Source of the DNA: Raillietiella orientalis
Taxonomy: Eukaryota
Assembly (NCBI GenBank): GCA_036172245.1
Contig: JAYWIR010000092.1
Span: 62,001 to 126,000, forward strand
Direction: 5' to 3'
Length of the DNA stretch: 64,000 nucleotides
The position numbers and the translations under genes were made by a program. Below are positions 38,168 to 51,522 of the stretch, piece after piece; within the stretch, counting starts at the first letter, position 1; each line of letters begins with the position of its first letter. The notes below the pieces were generated by a model. It was not told where the DNA came from. It did no database searches and saw nothing but the letters and a program-made list of their open reading frames with translations.

Positions 38168-40088
38168 ATGTCGACCCAACTTGAAGCTACTGAAGTTGGA
38201 GGAACAGCATCCGGATCTGCAATCGCGGAACCGACGGCCGCCTCCACTTCGTCTTTCTCGCCAATGGAGAGGAATTTTGCTGACGTTGCTGCCACAGCAG
38301 CCGTCAAAGGGAAACCACTCGACGAGTCGGAGTTGTGGGCATACGTAGTCCAAGGCTATAGACCTGCCCTCCGATATAAGGTGAGTGGTTTTCTTTCTGC
38401 GCGCGACGGGAATCAGTTCAACGATGAACTGACCCGTGTTGGCGTGCGGGAGGAGGACCTTCTCGGCATTATGCCCGTGAAAGACATGGGCTATTTCAAG
38501 GTGCGTTGCAAAGACGCTGCACTTGTGCAACGCTTGCTGCGCACCCCGTTGTCGATCCGTGGCCAGAAGGTCTTCCCGGCCGCCATGGACGACTCATTTC
38601 TGGCGGAGATTTTCGACATCGAGTCGGAAATCTCCGATACTGAGATTCGGAACGCGTTGGCGAAATTCGCCACGGTCCATGCGCTGTGGAGGGTGCGTAG
38701 CAACCTCAAGGACTTCCCGTCCATACACAGCGCAGTCGCTGGAGTCCGGCTTACAATGCCGGACCGCCGTCTGCTGCCCACCAAACTACAGGTGAAAGAC
38801 ACGGTCGTTCACCTGTGGTTCGTGGGCAAAGTGAGAACGTGCGAGCAATGCGGGAAGGAGGGGCATTGTTTGGATAAATGCCACTCTGGAAAATGCCGAT
38901 ATTGCAAAATATCCGGGCATCAATTGAAAAATTGCCCGGATCTTTTGCGAAAAAAGGCAGCCGAATAGCTTCATCTTAAGAAACAAAGCGCGGATAAAAA
39001 GAAAAAATCTGCGAAAAACCTGGAGACCACACGGCAGAAATTCCGAAAAAACGCGAGGCGGAATGTCGCTCCAAAGCAGCTGGAAACCTCGCACGCGAAG
39101 CCCTGCGCGCCTCCTCTCGCGGCTGGGGAGCCCAAAAGAAAGGGTGCGGGGAATCCGGGGCAATGATAAGTCCCCCTAGGCGCAATAGCTGTCCTTCCCA
39201 AGCACGACCGGCTCTCTCGGAGTTCGAGCAACCGGCGGGGACGTCAATGGACAACGGCGGTAAGGACACTTCCAGTACCTTCAGATCCATTCCTTCACCT
39301 GGTGCAGGGGCTGAGAAGCCCAAATCGGGTAAGAAGGGTTGTGCCGTGTCGACTACGAAAGTCGGAAAAAAGAAATTGCGTCGCGATCCAACACCGCGAA
39401 AGCGGAGAAAAATCTTACGCAATCGCAGTCGGAGAGCAAGCTGCCGACTGGCGCGGATGCCATGCCAACGAAGGGAGTAAAAGCCCTTGCGAAGGCAGCG
39501 TCCATGACGAGCGTGTCGGAGCCATCGAAACTGCTCCCGTTTAAAGAAGCGCATGGCTTCAAAGATGGCAATGGAGCACAATCTCCATTTATGGCGCCAC
39601 GCGAAGTTAGGAACCGTAATGAAGTAAAGAAGACTTCAGCAAAGGTCCCTCGTGCAACTGCGCGTGAGCACGCTGAAAACGCGCACGCCGGGAAAGCAGC
39701 CGTCACCAACAGCGATGCTCTGGAGACGGAAAAACACAACAGGACAGCTGTCAATTTAGCAGAACCTGTCACTACTTCGCGGAAGGCCGAAACTCAATCG
39801 AACATGCGCCGATCGGACTCCGAGATGGATGCCGTTCCGATCCCCGAAACGAGGACAACTCGTTCGAAAGCGTGTGCGCGCCGATCAAAAGTTGGCAGCC
39901 AGGCAACGCTAGCCGGGAAGCAGCGCGAAGTCTCCACGAAACCCGACGGGGTTCAGCCTGGCGTGGAGGCATTACATGCATGCAGCACGACAGAGGACGG
40001 TGGCGACCGTCCCCTCCAGCCAGTAGTGCTGCTCGCCGTCTGCTCGCCGGATAAAGCGAGCAAAAAGCCGCCACCTTCCCAGCAGTAA
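38168..40088 (+). pseudogene. A2 ORF1
   Basis: Near-identical to A1 ORF1; stop at 38966-38968 and frameshifts. Confidence 0.9.
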
Positions 40089-43000
40089 TGCGGGGAATCG
40101 CGTCTTCTCGTCGTCTGTCCGTAACGTGTTGGAACGTGAACGGACTACAGAACGACGAGAAGAGGCGATTAGTAGCCAACGCCCTGCGCCCCTTCGACCT
40201 CGCGCTGCTGCAGGAGATTCACGTAATCTCCGACGAGCAGGCAGCCGAAATCGAGGAGCGCGCAGGCGGAACGCTACATTGGCGGTGCGGCGGCGCACAC
40301 ACGTGCGGTGTCGCGTTCCTCGTAAAAGGAAAAATGGCGGAAGCAGTGCGTAGTGTTCGTTTCGATGACGACGGACGGATAGGCCAGCTTGTCATCAAGT
40401 GGTCCGAGTCCATCGATCTCGTCGTTACGAACGTCCACGCGCCGAGTGGCTCTCGCTTCCTCGAAGAAAGAGTAGCTTTCTTTGGTGAGGTGCAGAGCCA
40501 CTGGCTCAACAACTCCGGTTTCCAAGTGGCGCACCTCGTCGCTGGGGACTTCAACGGCCGCCTGCTCTGCGACGATTGGAGCCGCCCGAGGGAGCGCGCG
40601 CTGCCCATCGAGATGTGCGCGTCCGTACACGCCGCCAACTTGATGGTCAGCGAACCTGGAATGGAAAGATCGCTCGATTACGTTTTCCTTGATGAAAACC
40701 TGCCTTCGCGAGTGGGTAGGAGAGGAAGATTGTTGACTAGGCTTTCTGACCACCACAGGTTGGAGTTTGAGATCCTTCCGCCAGGCAGGGGGCCTCCGTT
40801 GCAAAACTGGAGGATGCAGGCGGATTGGCTTAGCCAACCGGAGGCTGCGGAGCTTCTACGTGGATACCTCCGAGGCTTTGCCATTCAAGAACTTGCGGAC
40901 TGGGACGATCTCAAAAGATCTGTCCGCGAGTTCTGCTGCCAATTCCCCTTGCACCGGCTTCCACGCGGTTACGGAGAGGGTGTGGCCAACAGTGGAGACT
41001 TTCTGCAGGCCCGCACGTTTTTGAGACGCGCGGATGTCGGGCGTCTCGCAGAGTACAAGGCGAGGGCTGAGCGCCAGGTGTGGCAGTCCGGAGCAGCATG
41101 CCTGTTGGACGACAAGGGCCAGGAATGTTCGGCCCCAGCCGAAGTACGCCGCATTGTGAGACGCTACTACTCCTCGCTGTACGCCGAATCCCTGACGGAG
41201 GATATTCTTTCTGAGATACTCTTGTCTCAGGATGCTCGTGTTGTCGGCGAGGAGGAACGCGAACGTCTCAACGAGCCCTTCACGGCGGATGATTTTCGTC
41301 CGCAGTCGCTGGGCTGAAGAGACGAAAGGCGCCAGGCGAGGATGGGCTCCCTGCAGAGCTTTATCAGTGCTTTGCAGTGGAGCTCATTCCATTGATGCTG
41401 AAACTCGCGACGCTGATGAGTGAATCCGGGAATGTCCCGGATTCCTTCCGCTCAGCGAAGGTGCGTCTCCTGCCGAAAGGCGGAGACTTGCGTCAACTTA
41501 ACAACTGGCGTCCGATCACCTTGGTGAACTCGGACGTCAAGTTGTTTTCCAAGCTGTGGCTCGCGCGGTTAGGAAGTATCGCGGAATCTGTGGTGAGCCC
41601 GGAACAAACCTACGCGGTTCCGGGACGATCCATGGAGGCGAACATTTTTTTCGCGCGTACATGGATGCAGCTGCAGGAAGTTGTGGCGCAGCAAAGCTAG
41701 GCTGCTGCGAAACTCACTGCCGCAGGGAAGTAGAACAGGCGCCGACGGCAGGAGGGAACGCCAGGTGCCTTGGCGGTCGCGGTCGATCTCCACAAGGCGG
41801 TCGACTACGTAAACCAGAAGCTCCTCTTGTAGCTTCTGGAACCCTTTGGATTTCCGGCGCATCTCCTGCTTAACTTGCGCGCTAGCGGACGCCACCTGCT
41901 CACCTGTATTTCTTTCATCGGCTGCCGCGTGTACGGTGTACTTGTGGGCACAGGCATTCGACAAGGTGAAACCTTAAGCCCCTTCCTCTTCAGCACCTTC
42001 TTTTTGTTGGTGCTTGGAGCATACAGGCTGACGCTGCCTCACTTGCCAAGCTCCTGCCCGGGAACGCCTGCTGTGGCCGCCTAAGCTGATGACCTGCTTC
42101 TTCTGCTCCTTATGTCCACCCTGGCGTCCAGTTTAGAGGATTTCTTCGACCTGATTCGTCGGGGAGCGGGCGTGAGCGTGAACAGAGAGAAGAGCGTGGT
42201 CGTTCCTGTGGATACGTCGTGGGAGGGGCAGTCCGAGTGGATCCGCCTGGGGATCCCGTCGGACTGCTTTAAGGTACCTTAAGTACCTTGGCGTTCCGTT
42301 ATGCGCTTTCGGCGCAGCCGAAGCGTGGGCGGACTGTCTTCAGAAAGCAGCGTTGGCCATCAGCCCGTTCTTTAACAGCAAGTTTACCTTGCAGGAACGG
42401 GCGACTATTTGGAACACCTTTGTGGCCCCCCTCCTTTGTCCCCTGTTTTTTGTTTTGGACCCCCCCTATGCGGCAAAACAGCGGGCTAAACGCCTGCTCA
42501 GGAACGCTCTCTGGGGTCCGGCGAGATCCAGGATCCGCCTTAAAGATTTGTTAGCTCCGCGTCGGGATGCTGGTTTGGGTATCTTGACAATGGAGCGAAT
42601 CGGACTGCAGGTGCAGTTCCGACTGCTGGCACTGTGTGCCCAGCTATGGACATCCCCCCTGTGTGTGCCAGCTCGCATTCTCCTGCGGAGATGCGTCGGC
42701 AGCGGAGGATTTCTCTCGCTTTTGCCGGGCACTCAATACAGAAAGCGGGGTTTCGGGTTTCCATTGCGGCATTTGACCGCACTTCTGGAAGCACACTCTT
42801 GGATCTCCTGCCGCCCAATGAACTTTGAAGCTCGGCGGCAGGAGTCTGTTGAATCCTGGGCGGCGTTCCAAGGAATACGTTCTCAAGATCTTCGCCCCCT
42901 GCGCCAATTTTTTCCACGATCCTTGGAAGAAGTACTGCAGGACGAGGTGAAGTTTTCTACCCTGGCTGCCACGCCTCTTGCCGCAGCGCTGCCTGCCCTC

Positions 43001-43687
43001 AGGGCAAGAAACGACAGTTACCAACCGGCGAGGTGGGAGATTTCCTGCACAATAGCGGGAAAAACCAAAATCGTTGGCGCCTGGAAGACGAGTGAGTTGG
43101 CGGACGCCGCCACTTCTCGTGTTACTGTAAAGGGACTCCTCCGGTGTCCAGAAGAACTTGCTGTCACCCCCGGAGAACTTGTAGTCCCTCCACAGTGTAT
43201 TGACAGTTCGCTGCTCCCCCTTGCTTGGAAACAAGCCGTGCTGCTTTTCGTTCACTGGGGTTTTCAGTGCAACGAGCGTTGGCATCGTGACTCCGGGGGA
43301 CTTGCGTCTGCGAACTGCGTTCGGTGCGGATCGACGGAGTTGATTCCGCACCTACTTGTAAACTGCGGTGTCCTACAAGGACTGTGGCGTAGGCTGGCAA
43401 CAGCACTAATGCATCCCGTGGACACCGCAAGAGACTTGCTGCGACGATTCTTCACGCCGAGCGGGCTGTCACTAAGCGCAAGGATTGCAACCATCGGTTG
43501 CATACGCGCGATAGTTTCCGTCCGCCAGGCGTTGGTAATCGACGGACAGCACCAAGTGGTTATCAGCAAAGCATCCTTCTACATGGGAGCATCCGCTAGA
43601 TGGCCTCATTTGACAGAGGAGACAAAAAGGAATCTCGCCGCAATACACCACCGGTTTACACACCCTCAGCAGCGCCCAACCCGGTGA
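40088..43687 (+). pseudogene. A2 ORF2
   Basis: Same motifs as A1; YADD has become *ADD at about 42082; CVRCGSTELIPHLLVNC is intact. Confidence 0.93.
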
Positions 43688-44008
43688 TCATTGCCCTACC
43701 CTCCATAAACTAATTTTGTATTTTCTTTTTACACCCGCGTCCCCATAGGTTCCAGAACATTTTAGGTGCTCATCGTTTAAATCCCCGTGAGTACGGAGAG
43801 TAACCAAAAACCCTCATCCATTCCCTCCAGTTTTTGATTTTTGTTTGTTTCCCCTCATTCCCCCACGCTGCGAGCAATTTGTTTACCAGGCCTGCGTGCC
43901 GGTAATTTTTCTATGTTCTCTGTCGTTCTGTTGGTTGGGGACATTGTCCCTGACCAGTTTATTATTATTAATAAACACCGCGGCGTGACCGGGTGATAAA
44001 TTTCAATC

Positions 44009-47000
44009 TCCGTCTGCTAACAGGTGAGCCCGAAACACAAGTGAAAGCGATGAACGAGTTGTGCGCCGATATGCGTGCGGGCAACTTGTTCGCGGGTGAG
44101 AGGGGAATGGTCCGTAGCATCGACCACGTCTTCCTCGACGCTGACCTGTGTTCACGGGACGGCAAACGGGAGAGGGTTGCGTCAACGTTGTCGGACCATT
44201 CCCGGTTAATTTTCGAGATGCGGCCTCGCAACAAAGGACCGCCATCCAGGGACTGTCGTCTACCCGGTGACTGGACGCGACTCTCAGGTGCGAAGGAACA
44301 CCTTCTCGAATACCTGAGAGGCGTCACGCTCCGGAATCTCCAGGACTGGTACCTTTTTGGGTAATCTGTCCGGCAGTTCTGCGAGCAGTTCCCCCTGGAC
44401 CGCCTGCCCTCCGGATTCGGCGAGGGTCCTTGCAACCATCATGCCTATTTACAGGCCTGTAGGTACGAGCGAACGTCTAATGTCCGTCGCCCGGCCCAGT
44501 ACCGCGCCGGGGCCGAACGCCAAGCCTGGCAATCCCGGTCGGCCAGCTTGCTGGACGACTAGGGCCGGGAATGTTCGTCCCTGGCGTCGTTACGGCATCT
44601 CGTGCGGAGTTATTATTCCTCCCTTTACGCCAGGGCGCCCCCGAATCAAGAGGCCTCTCGGCTTTTGCTTCCGGATGGTGCCGCGTCAATAGGGGAGGAG
44701 GAGTCGTTAAGCCTCGATGAGCCTTTTACCACCGGCGAAATTCTCGCCGGTATCAAAAGGCTCAAGAAGCCGAAAGCTCCAGGGGAAGACGGCTTGCCCG
44801 CGGAGTTCTATCAGAGCTTCGCGGAAGAGCTGGCACTCCTGCTGCTTCAGCTGACAAGACTGATCCGAGACGAAGCCGATGTTCCCGCCTCGTTTCGGTC
44901 AGCCAGAGTGAGGCTCCTTCCGAAAGGGGGAGACCTTAGGAATTTGAACAACTGGCGTCCTATCACGATTGTGGATACGGACGCCAAGTTGGTTGCCGGG
45001 CTATGGGCTTCGCGTATGGGGCAGGTGGCAGAATCCATAATTAGCCAGTAGCAGAAATATGCTGTTCCCGGGCGAAGTATGGATGCCAACCTCTTCTTCG
45101 CGAGCACATGGATGCACGCGCAGAGGTGTCAAAAGGAAGGGAAAGGAAAAATCGGCAACCCCACTTTGCGGCCGCCAGCAGGGCAGGAAATGGACTCACA
45201 GGCGGGGAAGGGGGCCTTAGCACTCGCAGTTGATCACCATAAGGCGTTCGACTGTGTTGACCAGGAGATTTTGGAGGAGCTCCTGGTTCGCATGGGCTTC
45301 CTACCCTCCTTGATTACCTACCTGCGCTCTTGCTGGCGGAAAGCGATTATCTCCATCTCTTTCAGTAGTCAGAAGGTGAATGGCGTGCCAATGCGGCGGG
45401 GCATCAGGCAGGGAGATAGCCTGTGTCCCTTGCTCTTCAGCACCTACTTTGAGTTGGTGCTGAGAGCCTACTGCTTGACTTTGACCTCCTTGCCTTGCTC
45501 GAGTCCCGGCACGCCCGCCGTAGGAGCCTATGCCGACGACCTTCTGCACCTGTTACCTATGCCCTCCCTGGCAAAGGCGGTCGGAGACTTCTTCGATCTG
45601 CTCAGCCTTTTGATCGGACTGCAGGTCAACAGGGCGAAGTCGCCGGTGGTGCCAGTAGTTGCGGCGTGGGCCAAGTAGCAGGACTGGGTCCGTCTGGAGA
45701 TCCCCACGGCGAGGTGCCTCAAGTACCTTGGTGTGCCGTTGGGTGACTACTCCCCTGCGGAAGCGTGGTCCAGTGTCTTCAAAAAGTTGATAGAGCGATC
45801 GGCCGGTTCCTGGAAGGCAAGTTTCACTTGCAGGAACAGACCGCGGTTTGGAATGCTTTTGCGGCCCCCATCCTCCGCTTCTTGCTTTTTGTTTGCCCAT
45901 CCACCGTGGAATCGAAGAAGAGGAAGAAGGACCTCCTCCGTATCGCCCTTCGGGGCAAGAGAAGGCCCCGAGTCCCTCTGAAGGACTTGTGCGCTCCGCG
46001 TCGGGATGGCGGCCTTGGCCTCCTGACGCTGGAGCGCGTGGAAATCCAGCTGCGGTTTCGAACCCTCGCCATCCCAGCGAAAATCTGGAGCACCCCTTGG
46101 TGCGTTCCGGCCCGCCTTCTTGCCAGGCGTGTGTCCCGATGAGAAGGACTCGCGTCGTTTCTTCTGTGCCCTGGCCGGAAGATCCGAAGATGCGGCCTTA
46201 TGCTTGGACGCATAGCAACCCTGGCGAAGACGGACGGTCGCATGGTTTGTGGTCCCGCCAACTTCTCCGCCTGGTTGCAGGAGTCTGCTGGCACATGGGC
46301 CAAGCAGAACCGGAGGAGTGAAAACAATATGGACTGCCTGCGAATCGGCCCATACGCCAACCGCACCCTGCGGGAAATACTGGAATTTCCCCGGAGTCGC
46401 AGGTGGGCGTTGACGACCCCTCTTGCAACGGCGATGCCCTACCTCCTGAGGGCGCTTCAGGATCGCCGGAAGCCGAGGTGGTAAGTCACCTGCCAGATCG
46501 CAGGCAGGGAGAAGATGTTAAGCGGCTGGACCACAGGAGAACTGGCGAACGCCACGACCTTGAGCGTCCAGCCGCGTGGATTAATGAGATGGGGCGAGCT
46601 GCTCGCCATCCCTACGGATGTGCTGAAGTGGCCACCGGTACTAAAGGAATCCAGGATCCTGCCCCTTAAGTGGCAAGAGTCGGCGTTGCTACTGCTGCAC
46701 TCGAGTTTACCCTGCAACGCACGCTGCTTCGACTGGACAAGGGGAGCTGTGGATCCTGAGTGTGTCAGGTGCGGAGAGCGCGAATCGCTCTCCCACCTCA
46801 TTGTGGACTGTGCTGCCATGCGAACCCTCTGGGAACGGTTCGGGGCGACCCTCGGGCTCCCTACGGGCAGCACCCCCAGAGACGTTCTTCGGCCCCTTTT
46901 TGTGAAGGGCGCACTGCAGCCAGCCGCAGCCAACGCAGCCTCGTGCTGTGTCCGTGGCATTGTGGCGGCATGGAGCGACGCCAATAACGAAGGAGTGGGT

Positions 47001-47140
47001 CCACACGCGATGGATGTCATCCCATACGCCCAACGCTTGATGCGGAGAGCTGCCGGATGGCCCCAACTGGGGAATATACGGACAGACATGAGGGCTTCCT
47101 TCAACGGATGGGCCCTGCTTACAGCGTTTAGTGATCTCTT
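44009..47140 (+). pseudogene. B ORF2 remainder (endonuclease C-half, RT, CCHC finger)
   Basis: IDHVF, SDH, PGEDG, VDHHKAFD, GIRQGDSL, AYADDL, CVRCGERESLSHLIVDC; several stops. Confidence 0.93.
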
Positions 47141-47725
47141 CCCTGCCCTTCAACTTCTCTTTGTCTGTTTATTTTTTATTTTTCTTTTTGTTTTATCCTC
47201 ATCCCCCTTCGCTGCTGAGGAACGCTACGCTGGGCTGCGTGCCGGCGTCCTGGCAAGTCCAGTGTATATGGCCGTGAGCGGGGCCTTGTACCGCGGATGT
47301 AGAGTTTTAACAATAAACGCCCCGGGCGTACCCGGGAGTATACCTCCAAGGCTGGCAAAAAGCGGTGAGGCGTCCGGCCTCCACCGAGGAGTCGGTTAAT
47401 TCCGACCCCGAAGCGCAGGCCGGAAACCAAGTTACCATCTCCGCGGCACCCCGCCCGAAGGCTGGAAGGAAGTCCAGCAAACCCCGGAAAGCCCCTCTCC
47501 AGGTCGAAGGCGTGGAGATTTCTTCCGACTGCGAGGGTGCCATGAGCGTGGGAGAATACCGGGAATCGAATCACCCGAGAGACCACCACGCACAGACACG
47601 GAGGAGATGGAGGATGTTGAAGCTGGAAAGGTACTCAAGGTGCCTGAAGAGGCTGAAACCCTAATGGTCATCTCACCCGCCTCGGAAGAGGCGGTTTCCC
47701 CCACACCGTCATCTTTCAGGCAGTA

Positions 47726-50700
47726 ATGCCGGAAATCTCCTCCCGCCGTCGTCTGCGCATCGCCGTTTGGAACGTGAACGTGATGACAGACGCCGGCATG
47801 AGACGAGACATGGCCGCCATTCTAGGATCGTTCGACCTTGTGCTGCTGCAGGAGATCCATGTGATCTCTGCAGAACAAGCGCAGGAGATCGAACGCATCT
47901 ACGGAAGGCGGCTGTGGTATCGGTGTGGAACATCGAGAAGTTGTGGTGTCGCTTACCTGCTTCGGCCCGCCATCGAGGCCGCCGCTCGTGGAGTTCGGTT
48001 GGACGATCACGGTCGTGTCGGCCAGCTGACTCTCAGCTGGTCCGACTCGATCGACCTGATCGTTACGAACGTTTACGCCCCGAGCGGAGCGGACCTGACG
48101 AACAGGAGGGCCAGGAAAGAATTTTTCCTTGCCCTCCATCGCGACTGGTTGAACGAGGCAGGCGTGCGGAATGCCCATCTGGTTGCAGGGGATTCTAACG
48201 ATCGTTTGAAACCGGATGGGCCGAATCACGAGCGTGACCTGGTCAACGAGGTGTGCGCGGCGGTGCACACTTGTAATTTGTTGGTCAGTATACCAGGGAT
48301 GGAGGACAACATCGATCACGTGTTCCTTGACGAGCACCTGTGCACTCGTGTGGGCAGGCGCTGCAAGTTGCCGTGCGAGTTGTCCGACCATCGACCAATC
48401 GTGATTGAAATCCATCCGCGCGACAGGGGCCCCCCCTTGTCAGCGTGGCGTTTGCCAGGGGACTAGCTGAAGCTCCCGGACGCGACGGAATATCTCCGCA
48501 CGTTTATACGGAGCTTTAGGATGCAGACATTTCAGGATTGGGACCGCTTCAAGCGGTCGGTCCAGGAGTTCTGCGACCAGTTCCCACGGCACCGCCTACC
48601 TTCGGAATTTGGGGACGGGATACGTAACAAACGAGCCTATCTGCAGGCTCGCCGTTTCGCTAACACCCCCGACATACGCAGGCTGGCGGAATACATAGAG
48701 GGACCCGAGAGGCAAGCCTGGCAGTCAGGATCTGCCAGCTTGCTGGACGATCTGGGCCAGGAGCACTCGGCACCTGCCAAAATCCGCGGCCTGCTGCAGA
48801 GTTACTAATCCTCCCTGTATGCCAGGGCACCTCCGGAGAGGAACGTCTCACGACTCCTGCTTCCGGAAGGCGCTCCAGCGATCGGGGAGGAGCAGAGAAA
48901 GACCCTCGACGAGCCTTTCACGATGGGCTAGATCATCTCGGCCATCTTAAAGCTCAAGAGGCGAAAGGCTCCAGGGGAGGACGGCCTGCACGCGGAGTTT
49001 TATCAAACTTTCGCGGCTGAGCTAACCCCCCTGGTACATCAACTCACCTTGCTGATACGCGAGACAGGTGACGTTTCCGCCTCGTTTCGTTCGGCAAAGG
49101 TGCGGCTTCTCCCTAAGGGAGGAGATCTGAGGAGCATGAACAACTGGCGTCCCATCACAATAGTGAATGCGGATGCCAAGTTGATAGCTAAGGTTTGGGC
49201 TGAGCGCTTGGGACGGGTTGCAAACGCCTTCATCAGCCCGGAACAGACGTATGCTGTTCCTGGGCGAAGCATGGAGGCGAAGCTGTTCCACGCTTCCACC
49301 TGGCTAGAGCTCCAACACGAATGGGGCTTGATGCGCACCGGGAATTCCGGTGAGTCCGTCAGTCATGCGACGGATGTTCGGATGGGGGAGGGAGCACTTG
49401 CGGTCGATGTCGACTTGCGTAAAGCATTCGACAGCGTCGACCAGAATCTCCTGCTGGAGCTTTTGGTACGCTTGGGCTTCCCGGCCTCATTTTTGGCCTA
49501 TCTGCGCTCTAGCTGGCGCGATTCGCAAATGAATGTAACTTTCAGCGGGCATACTGTTCACGGCGTGCCGGTGCGACGTGGGATCCGGCAAGGAGAAAGC
49601 CTGAGCCCATTGCCCTTCAGTACCTACTTTGAGTTGGTACTGAGAGCGTACAGGGAAACTCCGGCGCACCTGCCGCATCAATGCGCCGGAACGCCTGCGG
49701 TTTCAGCATATGCGGACGACCTCCTGCTACTGCTACTTATGTCCACCCCGGCTTCGGCGGTCGAGAAGTTCTTCGACCTGCTGAATCGAGGAACCGGGCT
49801 TACGATGAACAGGGCGAAGTCGTCCGTGATGCCAGTTGGTGCGGCGTGAGCAGGGCAGCAGGACTGGGTCCGTTTAAGAATCCCCACGTTGAGGTACTTC
49901 AAGTACCTTGGTGTGTTGTTGGGGGACTACTCCCCTGCGAAAGCGTCGTCCGGCTGTCTTCAAAAAGGAGAGACGGCTATCGGCCCGTTCCGAGGCGGCA
50001 GGTTTTTCCTGCTTGAACGGGCCGCGGTTTGGAACATGTTCGCTGCTCCTCTCCTCCGTTCCCTGCTTTTTGTTTGCCCCCCCACAGAGAGGATCAAAAA
50101 GCGGACGAAGGACCTCATCCGTATCGCCCTTTGGGGCAACGGGAGGGCCCGAGTCCGCTGAAAGGACTTCTGCACTCCGCGTCTAAACGGTGGACTCGGC
50201 CTCCTGACATTGGAGCGGCTGGAGCTGCAGCTCGAGTTCCGGATTTTGGCACTTGTGCCGGAGTGGTGGTGCACCTGTTGTTGCGTCCCTGCACGTCTCC
50301 TCCTTCAGCAAGCCACCGGCAAGACGGGACTTACGTCGTTTCTTGCACTCCATCGAAGCCGCATCAGCCGATGTGGGCTTCAGCTACGGAGGGTGGCTGC
50401 GCTTGCAAGGAAAAATCATCGATGGATCACCTGTCTCCCCGCGAACGGTAGTGCCTGGTTGCAGGAAACCGTTCGCACGTGGGGACAATTCGGCATGCAA
50501 CCCTCCCATCAGGAACGAAGGTTCCTGTTTGGGTGTTACAGAAGTTGCACGTTCCGTGAGATCCTGTAGGATCATAAGAAGAGAGCGTGGTCAGGAATAA
50601 CCCCCCTCGCTGCTGCGCTGGACTCCCTAGTGGAACATCAGGACAGCGATGTTGCGGCGAAGTGGGAGGTTACAATAAAAATCTAAGGGAAGGAGGAGCA

Positions 50701-51308
50701 GAGAGAGTGATAGACGGGCCAGCTAACTGATGCTGCGACCCCGAGTACGCCTCCTAATGGACTTCTGCGCTGGGGAGCGCTGCTGGATGTTCCGATTGAA
50801 CATCTTAAGTGGCCCCCGATTCTTATGAACACTTCCATCCTCCCCCTAAAATGGCAAGAGTCGGTATTCCTGTTGTAGCACTGGGGACTCCCCTGCAACG
50901 CCCGTCGACACCACTGGACCTGGGGAGCGGTGGATCTTAATTGTGTAAGGTGCGGGGAACGGGAGTCCCTCCCCCACCTCCTAGTGGATTGTGTTGCCCT
51001 TCGGCCCCTTTGGTTCCGCTTCGCCGCGGCCATCGGTATCCCACGCGGCAACCCCAGGGACGCACTAAAAGCCTTCTTCGTTGACGACCCATTGCGGCCA
51101 GCGTCCTCGATAGCAGCCTTGTGCTGCCTTCGTTGGATCGTCGCCACCTGGAGCACGGCCACGGGAGGACCTAGCGATATGGACGCCATCCAGTGCGCCT
51201 CCCATTTCCTGAGGAGGGCGTCGCGATGATCCCACCTGGATGTTCATAACAAACAAGAGCTTGTCAGCATCCTGAGAGGGATGATGCGGCCCCAGCAGCA
51301 TCAGTGAT
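47726..51308 (+). pseudogene. C ORF2 (endonuclease, RT, CCHC finger)
   Basis: WNVN, LQEIH, GDSN, IDHVF, SDH; DLRKAFD, GIRQGESLSP, AYADDL; CVRCGERESLPHLLVDC; many stops. Confidence 0.93.
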
Positions 51309-51522
51309 CCCTTCCCGTTTCCTCCCACTTTTTGTTTCTTTTTGTTTAGTTTTTCTGTTTTTCCTTTTTCCCATGCTGCCTTAGTGGACCGTACCGGTCT
51401 AGAAACCGGTGAATTGGCAGGCTCCGTGGTTCTTAGCTTCTGGCTGGAGCATTGCCACAGCCATTAATTATTACTTTATAAAGTTCATTTTATAATAAAC
51501 GACCCGGAGAAATCCGGGTGAA

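Larger units (their letters stand above)
38090..43999 (+). mobile_element. Family A copy A2 (5910 bp), tandem to A1
   Basis: Same start and end as A1; flanked by ATTTCAATC at 38081-38089 and 44000-44008. Confidence 0.95.
29869..47342 (+). mobile_element. Family B full-length element (29869-32176 plus 44009-47342), inserted in C ORF1 and split by A1-A2
   Basis: 10-bp TSD CCTCCAAGGC at 29859-29868 and 47343-47352. Starts CAGTTGGAGGACGTGTTTT and ends AATAAACGCCCCGGGCGTACCCGGGAGTATA. Confidence 0.93.
28513..51522 (+). mobile_element. Family C full-length element (28513-29868 plus 47353-51522), split by element B
   Basis: 15-bp flanking repeat AATCGAACGC(C/T)TTGT at 28498-28512 and 51523-51537. 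ORF1 halves rejoin as LQPEPSK|AGKK; the uninterrupted homologue is at 55440. Confidence 0.9.

Noticed and set aside
49410..49435. Self-avoidance: C and G encode KAFD as AAA GCA TTC GAC, unlike the targeted AAG GCG TTC GAY
   Set aside because: Too few sites. The 13940 flank has the GCA-type base, and matching sites in B (about 45240) and A1 are unoccupied.
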